Positions 1 to 9,074 of a stretch of 64,000 nt of DNA are shown piece after piece. Below the pieces are notes generated by a model. It did not search any database. It had not been told where the DNA came from and worked only from the letters and a program-made list of their open reading frames with translations. Location: positions 2,592,001-2,656,000 of the forward strand of contig OZ241907.1 in the NCBI GenBank assembly GCA_965203515.1, read 5' to 3'. The position numbers and the translations under genes are program-made. This DNA comes from Spirochaetia bacterium. GTDB lineage: Bacteria > Spirochaetota > Spirochaetia > SZUA-6 > Bin103. The first letter of the stretch is position 1; every line of letters begins with the position of its first letter.

Positions 1-113
1 CGGCGGCGGTCGGCGATGCGGTTGGTGGGCTGGCGGTTCTCGTCCAGCTCCCAGTGCCGTCCCGGATACTCGTACGGCGAGTTCAGGATCGGCCGGCGAA
101 AAAACTCATCCAT
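1..113 (-). CDS. 5' end of a type III-like restriction endonuclease Res subunit (BPTD_3080-like); runs off the window
   Basis: Not in the ORF track. Reading minus from ATG at 113 gives MDEFFRRPILNSPYEYPGRHWELDENRQPTNRIADRR, the characteristic PILNSPY..P.RHW N-terminus of this family. Confidence 0.75.
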   Translation of the reverse strand, partial: MDEFFRRPILNSPYEYPGRHWELDENRQPTNRIADRR

Positions 114-135
114 CGACGGAACGGCTCGCTGCCAT

Positions 136-555
136 CTAAGTGCCGCGTACGGCGAATCCCAGCGCGCGGGCCGCGGTACCGAGCTGGCGGTCATGGGTGA
201 GGAACTCGGCGACCCCGTCCTCGCTACGGCCGTCGGCGATCTCCGCGCTGGCCAAGTGAATCGCGTCCAGCGTGCCAAGGACCGTCCGGCGGGCTTGGCT
301 TGCCCGGTCGAGGATAGTGGTCGAGACACGAACGCGATTGACGGATCGCCAGAACTGGGCGAAGCGTTCGTGCAGGGCGCCGCGTTCATCGTCGCCCAGG
401 TCAGCGTTGAGACGGAGCCGGTCGATGGTTCGGTGAAACTCGACTCGGCAGATCTCACTGGTGTACGCGGCACTCCAGTAGCCCCACTCGTCGATCGTCG
501 GTTCCTGGTTGAGCAGCCGGCTCAACACGACCGACGCGTCGACGTAGACGGTCAT
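136..555 (-). CDS. vapC: PIN-domain ribonuclease toxin (VapC family)
   Basis: VYVDASV start, TLDAIHLASA and FLTHDRQL acidic PIN motifs; 139 aa. Confidence 0.88.
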   Translation of the reverse strand: MTVYVDASVVLSRLLNQEPTIDEWGYWSAAYTSEICRVEFHRTIDRLRLNADLGDDERGALHERFAQFWRSVNRVRVSTTILDRASQARRTVLGTLDAIHLASAEIADGRSEDGVAEFLTHDRQLGTAARALGFAVRGT

Positions 556-1931
556 CGTCGTCTGCGCTCGGCCAGCAGCACGGCTACCCCCGGTATGGAG
601 CGGCGTGTCGGCAGGCGCTCGAGCGTGCGGAGCGCTTCCGGCGGATCGACCGGCTCGTCAATAAGCGGTTCTTCGTCGACGGGGGGAGCCTGGCCAGCCC
701 GGGCCTGACTGCGAATATGATTTACGATCACGTATGATGGGACACCGAATTCAGCCGCAATATCTTCCACTCCGCGGCCATCCTCCCGCATCCCGACAAC
801 GCTCTTGACGGGCGCGAGAAATTCTGCAGCAAAAGCCCGCCCGGTTGCTTGGCGTTCTGCGTGGTGAAGATCGTTTACCACCGATCGCGGCGTGTTGCGA
901 AAGCACACCGCGTCACCTACCGCCCGTGCGAATGCGAAGTTCAACCTCTCGGCACGACCATGATCGTGAAGATGGATACTGACGTCTCCGTCGGGACAGG
1001 ACACCAGCGCTCGAAACCCGTCGACGAGTTGGACGGGCTCGAACTGTGCAGATCCCAGCTTCTTTGCAAGTGTCACGTAAGATGGAAGTCGGTCGTCCGG
1101 CTGGAGGTTCAATGCCTGGCGACAGGCCCAGGCCGCGCGGTATCCCGCCGCCCACGGCCGAACGTGATCGTGTCCGATCGAATCTTCGATTTGGCCAGCC
1201 ACGCCGCCAAGTTCCGGCAGGATCGCCGCCGCTGTCGGTCGCGATTCCATCTGGCGCACACGATCCAGGACTGACGCTGACCGTTCCTTCGCCTTGATAC
1301 CCGACAAAAACTCGATCAGCGACTCTTCCGAGAAGAGGTCATTGGCATGTTCGATGAAGCGTGCGTCATCGTCCGAGATCGCATACGGGTCCAACCCCAA
1401 CGCGCCTGCCGCCTCGCAGAAGGCCCGTTCATCCGGATCGCTGCGCGACACCATGACGCGAGACCAACGCGCGGCGACTTCGCTATCCCTGACCCCTTCA
1501 CTGGCAAGTCGCTCTACCACTTCCTGGATGAAGCGAGACAGCTCTGATTCCGCGGCAACGCGCGGCAGCGTCTCTCGCCCGTCGGACCGAAAACCAAGGT
1601 GTGGATTATCACTGTGAAAGTCCTTGCCCGTCACCTCGAACGTCGAGCCATCGGTCCTGAAACGCAAGTCGGGTAGCGCGAAGCCGGTTCGATAACGTCG
1701 TATTCCGTGATCCCGGTCGCGGCCGCCGAAGATGATCCACCAGTCGGTCGCGATCCCTTCGGCAAGGTGAATCGCGGGAACGACAAGAGAGTCCGTATCT
1801 TCGTTGGTAACGTAATCGATGAACCGACAGGCGTTCTGACCTTGGATGTATATCCCCAGCTTGCAGAGCGTCGCGCGCTCCTCCGCCGTGCGATTCAGCC
1901 CGCCGTCAATCCACTCGACCGAAAATCTCAT
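552..1931 (-). CDS. ImmA/IrrE-like protein with degenerate Zn motif and a C-terminal VapB-like tail
   Basis: ERQATGRAFAAEFLAP and EDIAAEFGV match the IrrE-like C-terminal region. RLNFAFARAVGD sits where RFTxAHELGH is expected. ATGA overlap with vapC. Confidence 0.65.
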   Translation of the reverse strand: MRFSVEWIDGGLNRTAEERATLCKLGIYIQGQNACRFIDYVTNEDTDSLVVPAIHLAEGIATDWWIIFGGRDRDHGIRRYRTGFALPDLRFRTDGSTFEVTGKDFHSDNPHLGFRSDGRETLPRVAAESELSRFIQEVVERLASEGVRDSEVAARWSRVMVSRSDPDERAFCEAAGALGLDPYAISDDDARFIEHANDLFSEESLIEFLSGIKAKERSASVLDRVRQMESRPTAAAILPELGGVAGQIEDSIGHDHVRPWAAGYRAAWACRQALNLQPDDRLPSYVTLAKKLGSAQFEPVQLVDGFRALVSCPDGDVSIHLHDHGRAERLNFAFARAVGDAVCFRNTPRSVVNDLHHAERQATGRAFAAEFLAPVKSVVGMREDGRGVEDIAAEFGVPSYVIVNHIRSQARAGQAPPVDEEPLIDEPVDPPEALRTLERLPTRRSIPGVAVLLAERRRR

Positions 1932-1964
1932 CTCCGATCTCCTGGTCTCTCATACGCTCTCTGA

Positions 1965-3983
1965 TCATCCGGGAATAGCGTCGACATCGACCTTGACGCC
2001 GCATCGCTCGCCCATCTTCCGACAACGCTCCGCGCTCGTGGAATAGTCTCCGTACGGATACATCACGTACCGATCATGTCCCGGTACGGCGCGCATGACG
2101 AGCGCCCCCGCCGCGGTGCCGGGAGGATAGCGCTGCGCCGAGTGCACGTTCGAACTGAGCGCTTCTCCCGACAGTCTTTCGGCATTCGCGGCATCTCGAC
2201 TCAGCAGCGCGCCGGCGACGTTCAGCACCATCTGACTGGCAGCGCTTTCGCTCTGCCAAGGGCCATCGTCAACACGCCACCTGAGTGCCGAACCAGGCGG
2301 ATCCTGTTCGGGCCACGGCCAACGGCTCAGGACCCGTTGCGTGATCTCTTCCGCACGGCGTTCAAGCGCATCTTCGTCCCATTCGTTCTCGTCGGCGAGG
2401 CGCCGCGTCATCCCGATCGGGCTGCTCCGGTACACTTCCCGCTTCTCGGCGAACGTGCGCGCCGCCAAGCTCGAGTTGGTAGCGTCGCCGCTCAACGTCA
2501 GGTTCGCGAGCTGGTCGCGGTACTGTTCGTGCTTCTCATCCGGCTCGTCTCCCAAGGCGCGTTTCCATTCGTCCGTCAGCTTCTGGGGCATCACGTGCTC
2601 GATCGTCAATCGGTCGCGGGCAGGCGATTCCTCCCGGTGCTCGGCTTCCATCAACGCGCACAGCACCGCAGACGACGCCCCGGTGGCGCTCCCTCCGTAT
2701 GCCTTCCGGCGCCGGATTCCGGCGCGAACCTCGTCATCGCTCGGGACGCGTACGCGCCCCCGGAACCGGCGAATTCGTCCAAGCCAGTATTCGGCGAAGT
2801 CCTCACCTTCATCAGGGCCGTAGCCATGGGCCAAGTCCGCCACCGCCCGGTTCATCCCGGCCGTCGGCCGGTCCGCCAGCCACAGCCGGGTCGTCCAGAT
2901 GCCGATCCCTTCCAGGACCTTGGCCAGATCTTCGTCGGTCGCTTGGCCATGCTCCGCGGCGTCGTTCAGCAGTCTCAGCGTCAGCGGACGGTGAATATCG
3001 ATTCCCATTGCCCGCAGGTGTCGGAGCTCTCGTTCGACCCCCGCGGCGTGGTGGTGGGCACCTGCCGAACCGGTTACGATCCCGTAGAGCTGCGCGAGCC
3101 GCGCGAGGTCGCGACAAAGCGCCGGTCGATCGCCATCAAGTCCCTCCTGCACCGCCCACCGACGAAATTCATCATAGACGCGATCGATCCCCTGGAGATC
3201 GCCGGTTTTCCAGCGCAGGAAGTCCCGCAGGAACGTGTCGATCGGTTTGGTACCGTGTTCGGCCGCGAGTACTCGCTCGATCGTGCGCCAGCAATCGTCA
3301 TGCAAGTCCTGCTGTTCCGCATCGGGTAGTCCCATCAGGAGCCAATTCTTGATCTTCTCGCTCTCGGTCAGCGGACGGCCGGTGGCGTTCAAGCTCTCGA
3401 AGATCTGCTGCGGGTCGTCTCGTTCGCCCAAGCCGATGCTGACCACCCGGAGCCGCTCAAGCCCCTTGAGCAGGCAGGCCACGCCATGCCTGGCGACCAG
3501 ACGGCGTGCGATGCTCCAAGCCTGGGACACGGCTCCCGGACCTGCCGGCCCCCCTTCGAGACCGCGGCGGTATTCTTCCTCGTCGCCATCCTGGAGCCGC
3601 AGCTTGCGGAGCTTCTCGGGAGGCTTGCCCGGATTCATCAGTCGATCATCGCGAATGATCTGAGCGGTCCAGTCGCCGCATCGGCCGTCCGGTCCGAGCT
3701 CGTCCGCGATGCAGGCCAACAGGATGCTCACCGTCGTCAGCCGCTGCTGGCCGTCGACCACGCGGATGGTGCTCACGACTCCCGCCGCGCCGGGCTCGGG
3801 GAACGTAAGCAGCGTGCCGCCGTAGTGCGCGGCATCGGGGCCGGCGGCCGCGATCGTCACGAGGTCGTCGACCAGCCGTTCGATGTCGGGCTGCCCCCAA
3901 CGGTACCGGCGCTGCCAGCGCGGCACGACGTACTGGTACTGTCCGTTCAGAAGTGCAAGGAAGTCGATCTGCTGGGTCTGCAT
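1965..3983 (-). CDS. GmrSD-like modification-dependent restriction endonuclease (DUF262 + DUF1524/HNH) with an extra C-terminal domain
   Basis: VPRWQRRYRW, DGQQRLTT, IFESLNATG (DUF262); IEHVMPQ...ANLTL...N (HNH). Start placed at ATG 3983, 8 nt after TACCAT. Confidence 0.88.
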   Translation of the reverse strand: MQTQQIDFLALLNGQYQYVVPRWQRRYRWGQPDIERLVDDLVTIAAAGPDAAHYGGTLLTFPEPGAAGVVSTIRVVDGQQRLTTVSILLACIADELGPDGRCGDWTAQIIRDDRLMNPGKPPEKLRKLRLQDGDEEEYRRGLEGGPAGPGAVSQAWSIARRLVARHGVACLLKGLERLRVVSIGLGERDDPQQIFESLNATGRPLTESEKIKNWLLMGLPDAEQQDLHDDCWRTIERVLAAEHGTKPIDTFLRDFLRWKTGDLQGIDRVYDEFRRWAVQEGLDGDRPALCRDLARLAQLYGIVTGSAGAHHHAAGVERELRHLRAMGIDIHRPLTLRLLNDAAEHGQATDEDLAKVLEGIGIWTTRLWLADRPTAGMNRAVADLAHGYGPDEGEDFAEYWLGRIRRFRGRVRVPSDDEVRAGIRRRKAYGGSATGASSAVLCALMEAEHREESPARDRLTIEHVMPQKLTDEWKRALGDEPDEKHEQYRDQLANLTLSGDATNSSLAARTFAEKREVYRSSPIGMTRRLADENEWDEDALERRAEEITQRVLSRWPWPEQDPPGSALRWRVDDGPWQSESAASQMVLNVAGALLSRDAANAERLSGEALSSNVHSAQRYPPGTAAGALVMRAVPGHDRYVMYPYGDYSTSAERCRKMGERCGVKVDVDAIPG

Positions 3984-4018
3984 CGGACCGGATGGTAGAC
4001 GAGCGGAGCCGGGACGGT

Positions 4019-4597
4019 CTATGGGCTTTCGAGCGCCGGTGAAGTGAGCAGTGTATGGGCGCGATGAGCAAGCTGGTCGAAGTCCTCCCTGCACTTCTGT
4101 CGAATCTTGGTAATGTTGCGCGCGGCCTCTTCTCCCAATCGCATGCGCCCCTGACCTAGGCCGCCGGCAACTCCACGCTGTCGGGCAAGCGGCGCGAAAT
4201 AGCGCTCCTTCACGGACACCTCGGCCCGTACCTCCGACCAGCGCCAGGGCAGATCCAGGCCCGCGAGGGTCCAGGTCTCCAACTCCTCCCATGCGTTTTC
4301 GGCCAGGAACCGGCGTTGTCCGTCGAACTCCGCTTCGATCTGATCGAGTCGGTTACGGCGGGCTAGTTCCCCGTCCCGGTCCACGCACAGGATGAAGAGG
4401 TCGATCATCGCATCGTAGCGTTCGACGATCTCCTGCAGACGTTCGGATTTCAGTGCTTCGCGGATGCCGCCAAGCAGCGGATCCTGGCAGACCGCCACGT
4501 TTGCCGGGATGCTCAAAGATCGGAAGAGCCGGTCGAAGAGGGGCCGCAGGAGATACTGATCGTTGCGGAAGTCCTCGGGAATGATGAGCACTCTCAT
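4019..4597 (-). CDS. TOPRIM-like protein (DUF4276-like), partner of the upstream ATPase
   Basis: IIPED (conserved Glu), VDRDG (DxD), EELETWTLAG; ATGA overlap with the ATPase. Confidence 0.65.
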   Translation of the reverse strand: MRVLIIPEDFRNDQYLLRPLFDRLFRSLSIPANVAVCQDPLLGGIREALKSERLQEIVERYDAMIDLFILCVDRDGELARRNRLDQIEAEFDGQRRFLAENAWEELETWTLAGLDLPWRWSEVRAEVSVKERYFAPLARQRGVAGGLGQGRMRLGEEAARNITKIRQKCREDFDQLAHRAHTLLTSPALESP

Positions 4598-5868
4598 GGA
4601 TCGTTCGCCGTGTCGGAGCTCGTGAACAGGATTGCGTCTTCCATCCAGTTCGAACGATGGAGCCTTCCCAATCCCTGTGACCGGCGCAGCGCACCGGCCT
4701 TGGGGAGGTCCGCCAGCGGACGCACGACGGCGTCATCGGTGTCCGGAAGCCGGCTGACGATGGAGGTATGCTCGAAGGTGCCGTCGCCGATCATTTCCAG
4801 AAGATCGGGCGAGTGGGTGGTGGTGACCACCTGGATGCGCCCCTCCGCGGTCTGGCCTTCGATGAGATCGAGCAGCAGCCGTTGTCGAGCCGGGTGAATC
4901 CCGTTGTCGATCTCCTCGAACACGTAGAGGCCTGCAGGATTGGGGCCGAGCAGCGCCGCCAACATCGCAAGCAGCCGCAGCGTGCCGTCCGACGCAGCAT
5001 AGGAAGACACGATCCTTCCGTTCCGTTCACGCAGCGCGAGCTGGACTCGTCCTGTCGTCGGGTCGGCAGGAAACTCGAAGCCCACTACGTCCATCGGCGT
5101 CAGCTCCCGAGTCCATTCGGTCAACGCAAGCCTGCGTTCCGGTTCCGCGCACACCTCTTTCAGCACCGTGGGCAGATTTTCGCCGCTGTCTCCCAATATC
5201 TTCTGGCCGGGAAACGCGGGTAGCCGCATGTGTTCCGGAGACAGATCGAGGAACCGCATGTTGGAAAAAGTACTTGCGACTCGTTCGGCCCAATCTTTCT
5301 GGGACCGGATGACGTGTCGATGCTCTCCAATCTGAGTCAGCGCCGGCTGATCCGGTCTCACGGCGATGCGATGTCCGAGTTTAAGCTGGCGCTCACTTCT
5401 GCCCATGCGGAGCAGCAGATGGTTGTCGTCTTCCTGCTCTCGGACCGGGTCCCCGACGTAAGGATGGCTCGTGTAGACAGGTTCATAAGGTAAGACCGAG
5501 AGACTCTCCTGCTTTACCGTGAACAATCCCGATTTCTCGCTATCGGGACCGACGACGATCCTGTAGCTGACCTTCCGCTTGTTCAACTCCATGGTGACGT
5601 TCAGGTCGAACGACGGCTGATCGAACCTGACGATCTCCTTCGGCGCTCCGCGAAGCGGCTGCCATTCGACTTGACCGCCGGCGCCGTATCTGCCACCGAA
5701 GATGTCCGCCAACGTGTACCCGCGCCCGACGCCGTGAAGGAACCGAAATGCATCGCGGAGGTTGCTCTTGCCGCTCGCGTTTGCGCCTACGATCACCGTG
5801 AACGGCCCCATGTTCAATCTCTCGTCAGCGAAGTTCTTGAAGTTTCTCAGACTCAATGAGGTGATCAT
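4594..5868 (-). CDS. ABC-type AAA_21/AAA_15 ATPase
   Basis: LRNFKNF, Walker A GANASGKSN, SDGTLR signature, Walker B VFEEIDNGIHP, TTHSP; GGAGG upstream of ATG 5868. Confidence 0.9.
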   Translation of the reverse strand: MITSLSLRNFKNFADERLNMGPFTVIVGANASGKSNLRDAFRFLHGVGRGYTLADIFGGRYGAGGQVEWQPLRGAPKEIVRFDQPSFDLNVTMELNKRKVSYRIVVGPDSEKSGLFTVKQESLSVLPYEPVYTSHPYVGDPVREQEDDNHLLLRMGRSERQLKLGHRIAVRPDQPALTQIGEHRHVIRSQKDWAERVASTFSNMRFLDLSPEHMRLPAFPGQKILGDSGENLPTVLKEVCAEPERRLALTEWTRELTPMDVVGFEFPADPTTGRVQLALRERNGRIVSSYAASDGTLRLLAMLAALLGPNPAGLYVFEEIDNGIHPARQRLLLDLIEGQTAEGRIQVVTTTHSPDLLEMIGDGTFEHTSIVSRLPDTDDAVVRPLADLPKAGALRRSQGLGRLHRSNWMEDAILFTSSDTANDP

Positions 5869-5947
5869 TGCCACGCCTCCGCGGACCGGAATGATATGCA
5901 ACACGCCACGGTTCAGACTACCACATCCGGGCCGACGGGTTCGCGGT

Positions 5948-7063
5948 TCAGATGCGGCCGGTGCGGCGCAGCAGGGTCAGGTGGTTGCGCGCGTTGTCGT
6001 GCTCGAAATAGGCGTCCTGCAGGTGGCGCCGGCCGCGCGATCGCAGCGCCGTGCGGCCGTGCAACACGCGGTGCGAGGCGGCCAGCAACAGCATGCCCCC
6101 TTCCAGCCGCAGGCGGGCCTGGGCGGCGGCCGCGTTGATGCGCGTCGACAGTTCGTGATAGGCGGCGTAGAAATCGCGCAGCCGCGGCTGCGACAGCGGT
6201 ACCGCCTGCATCTGCTGCGTGTTGAAGCGGACCATCCTGACGTTCCCTTCCACGTCGAGCTCGACCATGGGGCCGACCGCGTAGCTCTCGTCCGTGTCGC
6301 TGAACAGACGGAACGGCACCGGCACGGCGCACAGCGCGTCGAACCGCTCGGGGTGATCGCGGCGCAGCCCGTCGACCACCGCGAAGGCGTCCACGATCGA
6401 GGAGTCGCCCCCATCGCACTCGTTCACCAGCATGTGCAGCACCTGCACGCTCGGCGGCCAGTGGTAGCTGGTGAAGTCGTTGTGTGGCGCGATCGCCAGG
6501 TCGGTGTGCGCGATGCTGTATCCCGACGGATCGACCGTGACGTTGTGGATGCGCTCGAACACCACCTCGCGGACCGGCCCCAACCGGGACGCGAGCTGCT
6601 CGGCGGTATCCGGCTCGGTCGGCGCGTCGATCAGGACGCAGACGCCGGTCCTCATGAACTCCTCGATCAGATCGGCGGCGGTCCGATCGTCGCTCAGGAA
6701 CCGGCCAAAGTCGAACCGGCGCGGCCGGAAGCGGCCGTCCCAGTACTCCGGCGCGCGGCGCGGGCGGTCGAGGAGCGCGTGCAGCTTGCTCGACCGGTAG
6801 CGGGTCCGGTGGCCGTCCGGCCATGTGACGGCGATCGCCTCGTCGTCGCACCCGGCCCGTTCGACGGCGGCGCGCTGCGGTCGCAGGTCGCCGGCGACCC
6901 GGAAGACGTGGAACCGCTTTTCCGTGGTCTGCATGACGCGGCACTCGCCGCATCCGCAATTGTCCCGCAACCACAGGTGCGGAATCGTGGTCCGCTCCCC
7001 GTCGCGCCACACCGCGGTCAGGGCGTCGCCCTCGTCGACGAGGCGGCTGATCAAGTGCTTCAT
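5948..7063 (-). CDS. Gamma-butyrobetaine dioxygenase-like TauD family Fe(II)/2OG dioxygenase
   Basis: WLRDNCGCGEC N-terminal Zn domain, WPDGH, PHNDF (HxD), RVLHGRT. Confidence 0.88.
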   Translation of the reverse strand: MKHLISRLVDEGDALTAVWRDGERTTIPHLWLRDNCGCGECRVMQTTEKRFHVFRVAGDLRPQRAAVERAGCDDEAIAVTWPDGHRTRYRSSKLHALLDRPRRAPEYWDGRFRPRRFDFGRFLSDDRTAADLIEEFMRTGVCVLIDAPTEPDTAEQLASRLGPVREVVFERIHNVTVDPSGYSIAHTDLAIAPHNDFTSYHWPPSVQVLHMLVNECDGGDSSIVDAFAVVDGLRRDHPERFDALCAVPVPFRLFSDTDESYAVGPMVELDVEGNVRMVRFNTQQMQAVPLSQPRLRDFYAAYHELSTRINAAAAQARLRLEGGMLLLAASHRVLHGRTALRSRGRRHLQDAYFEHDNARNHLTLLRRTGRI

Positions 7064-7165
7064 GGCGATCCCCTCAGATCAGAAACGGCCCGATGCGCCT
7101 GTCATGCCGGGTTCTTGACCCGGCTATCGTTAAGAATACACCATGCGCGCAAGAGGAGAGAAGTC

Positions 7166-7768
7166 ATGCAGAGCGCCGCACGGACGATCGACGGGCCGAC
7201 GGTGAGCTTCACCAGCATGGCGGACGGCACGCGTGAGGACTACGAGCTGCTGGCGCGGTTCGAGGACCAGTTCGCCGCCGGCACCGCCGACCGGGTGCTG
7301 GCGCAGCTCCGCGAGCTGTCCGGCTCGCTGGCCGGCTACCGGGTCGACCGGCTGGAACACTCGCTGCAGACCGCGACGCGCGCCTGCCGCGACGGGGCGG
7401 AGGAGGAGATGGTGGTAGCCGCGCTGCTCCACGACATCGACGACCTGCTGGCCCCGCACAGCCACGGCGAGCTGTCCGCGCTGGTGCTGCGCCCCTACGT
7501 GACCGAGCGGACCTGGTGGATCGTTCGGCACCACGGGCTGTTCCAGCTCCACTACTACGCGCACCACCTGGGCGGCGACCGCGACGCGCGCGACAAGTAC
7601 CGCGATCATCCCTGGTATCAGGACGCCGTGCACTTCTGCCACCGCTGGGATCAATGCTCGTTCGATCCCGACTACGATTCGCTGCCGCTTTCGTTCTTCG
7701 AGCCGATGGTGCGCCGGGTGTTCGCGCGCGAGCCGTTCAGCCTGGCGCCAAGGAGGGGACCGACATGA
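7166..7768 (+). CDS. HD-domain protein (PhnZ/TmpB-like diiron oxygenase or phosphohydrolase)
   Basis: LEHSLQTATRA, ALLHD, PHSHG, RHHG and WDQ ligand pattern; GAGGAG before ATG 7166. Confidence 0.8.
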   Translation: MQSAARTIDGPTVSFTSMADGTREDYELLARFEDQFAAGTADRVLAQLRELSGSLAGYRVDRLEHSLQTATRACRDGAEEEMVVAALLHDIDDLLAPHSHGELSALVLRPYVTERTWWIVRHHGLFQLHYYAHHLGGDRDARDKYRDHPWYQDAVHFCHRWDQCSFDPDYDSLPLSFFEPMVRRVFAREPFSLAPRRGPT

Positions 7769-9069
7769 CCGGCCAACCGCAAAGCGTCGACCAGTCCGAC
7801 CGCATCGTTCCGATCAATCTGCGTCAGAGCGGGCGCACCCCCACGGAGCTGCTCATCTCCACCCGCGTGCGCAAGTCGCCCTACTGGCATCTGTCGCACG
7901 CGGCCGGCTGCTGGCGAGCCACGGTCTACAACCGCGTCTACCATCCGCGCGGCTACGTGCGGCCGGAGGACGGGGGCGCCGCCGCCGAGCATGAGGCGCT
8001 GACGCATCACGTCACGCTCTGGAACGTCGCGGTCGAGCGTCAGATCCGCGTCAAGGGACCGGACGCGGAGCGGTTCACCGACTACGTCATCACCCGCAAC
8101 GCCGCACGCATCAAGCCGATGCACGCCAAGTACGTCATCCTCTGCAACGAGCGGGGCGGCATCCTCAACGACCCGGTGTTGCTGCGCCTGGCCGAGGACG
8201 AGTTCTGGTTCTCGCTCGCCGATTCCGACCTGCTCTACTGGCTGCAGGGCGTCAACGTCGGCATGCGCATGGAGGTCGAGATCGACGAGATCGACGTCTG
8301 CCCCGTGCAGATCCAGGGGCCGAAGTCGGAGGCGCTGATGGCCGATCTGGTAGGCGAAGGCATCCGCGACATTCCCTACTACGGCATCATGGAAGCCGTG
8401 ATCGCCGGCTGCGAGGTAGTGATCTCCCAATCGGGGTTCTCGGGCGAGAAGGGCTACGAGATCTATCTGCGCGACGCCACCCTGCACGCGGAGAAGCTGT
8501 GGAACGCGGTGCTGGAGGCGGGCAAGGCGCACCGGCTCATGGTCATCGCGCCGGGCCATCAGCGCCGCATCCAGGCCGGCATCATGTCCTGGGGCCAGGA
8601 CATCGACCACGAGACGGTGCCGTTCCAGTGCAACCTTGCCTATCAGGTGCCGCGCAAGAAGAAGGCCGACTACATCGGCAAGGCGGCGCTGGAGCGCATC
8701 CGCGCACAGGTCGACGCCGGCCGCCCGCCGTTCAAGGTGACGATGGTCGGCATGACCATCGGCGGCCGGCCGATCGACGACTACGCTTCCGACTTCTGGC
8801 TGGTGTCGGACGCCGGCGGCGGCGACCCGATCGGCTACCTGACCTCGCCGTGGTACGCCCCGGAGCTCGGCTGCAACATCGGCCTGGGCTACGTGCCGGT
8901 CGGCCTTTCGGCCATCGGCACCGAGCTCACCGTATGGCTGCCGGACGAGTACGCCGGCGAGCCGGGCAAGCCCGACCCGGCCCAGGTGTGCGAGGTTCCG
9001 TTCCGGCCGTCGGTCAATCCCAGCGCGCGCGAGCTGGCGCACGCCCGCGGCGAGGACGCCGCCGTCTAG
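7765..9069 (+). CDS. GcvT-family aminomethyltransferase/demethylase (DmdA-like)
   Basis: VKGPDA, GGILNDPVLLRL, QIQGPKS, SGFSGEKGYEIY; AGGAGG before ATG 7765. Confidence 0.85.
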   Translation: MTGQPQSVDQSDRIVPINLRQSGRTPTELLISTRVRKSPYWHLSHAAGCWRATVYNRVYHPRGYVRPEDGGAAAEHEALTHHVTLWNVAVERQIRVKGPDAERFTDYVITRNAARIKPMHAKYVILCNERGGILNDPVLLRLAEDEFWFSLADSDLLYWLQGVNVGMRMEVEIDEIDVCPVQIQGPKSEALMADLVGEGIRDIPYYGIMEAVIAGCEVVISQSGFSGEKGYEIYLRDATLHAEKLWNAVLEAGKAHRLMVIAPGHQRRIQAGIMSWGQDIDHETVPFQCNLAYQVPRKKKADYIGKAALERIRAQVDAGRPPFKVTMVGMTIGGRPIDDYASDFWLVSDAGGGDPIGYLTSPWYAPELGCNIGLGYVPVGLSAIGTELTVWLPDEYAGEPGKPDPAQVCEVPFRPSVNPSARELAHARGEDAAV

Positions 9070-9074
9070 CGGCC

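Noticed and set aside
7765..9069. Naming the gene gcvT or dmdA
   Set aside because: No gcvH or gcvP nearby, and the subfamily cannot be resolved without a phylogeny.
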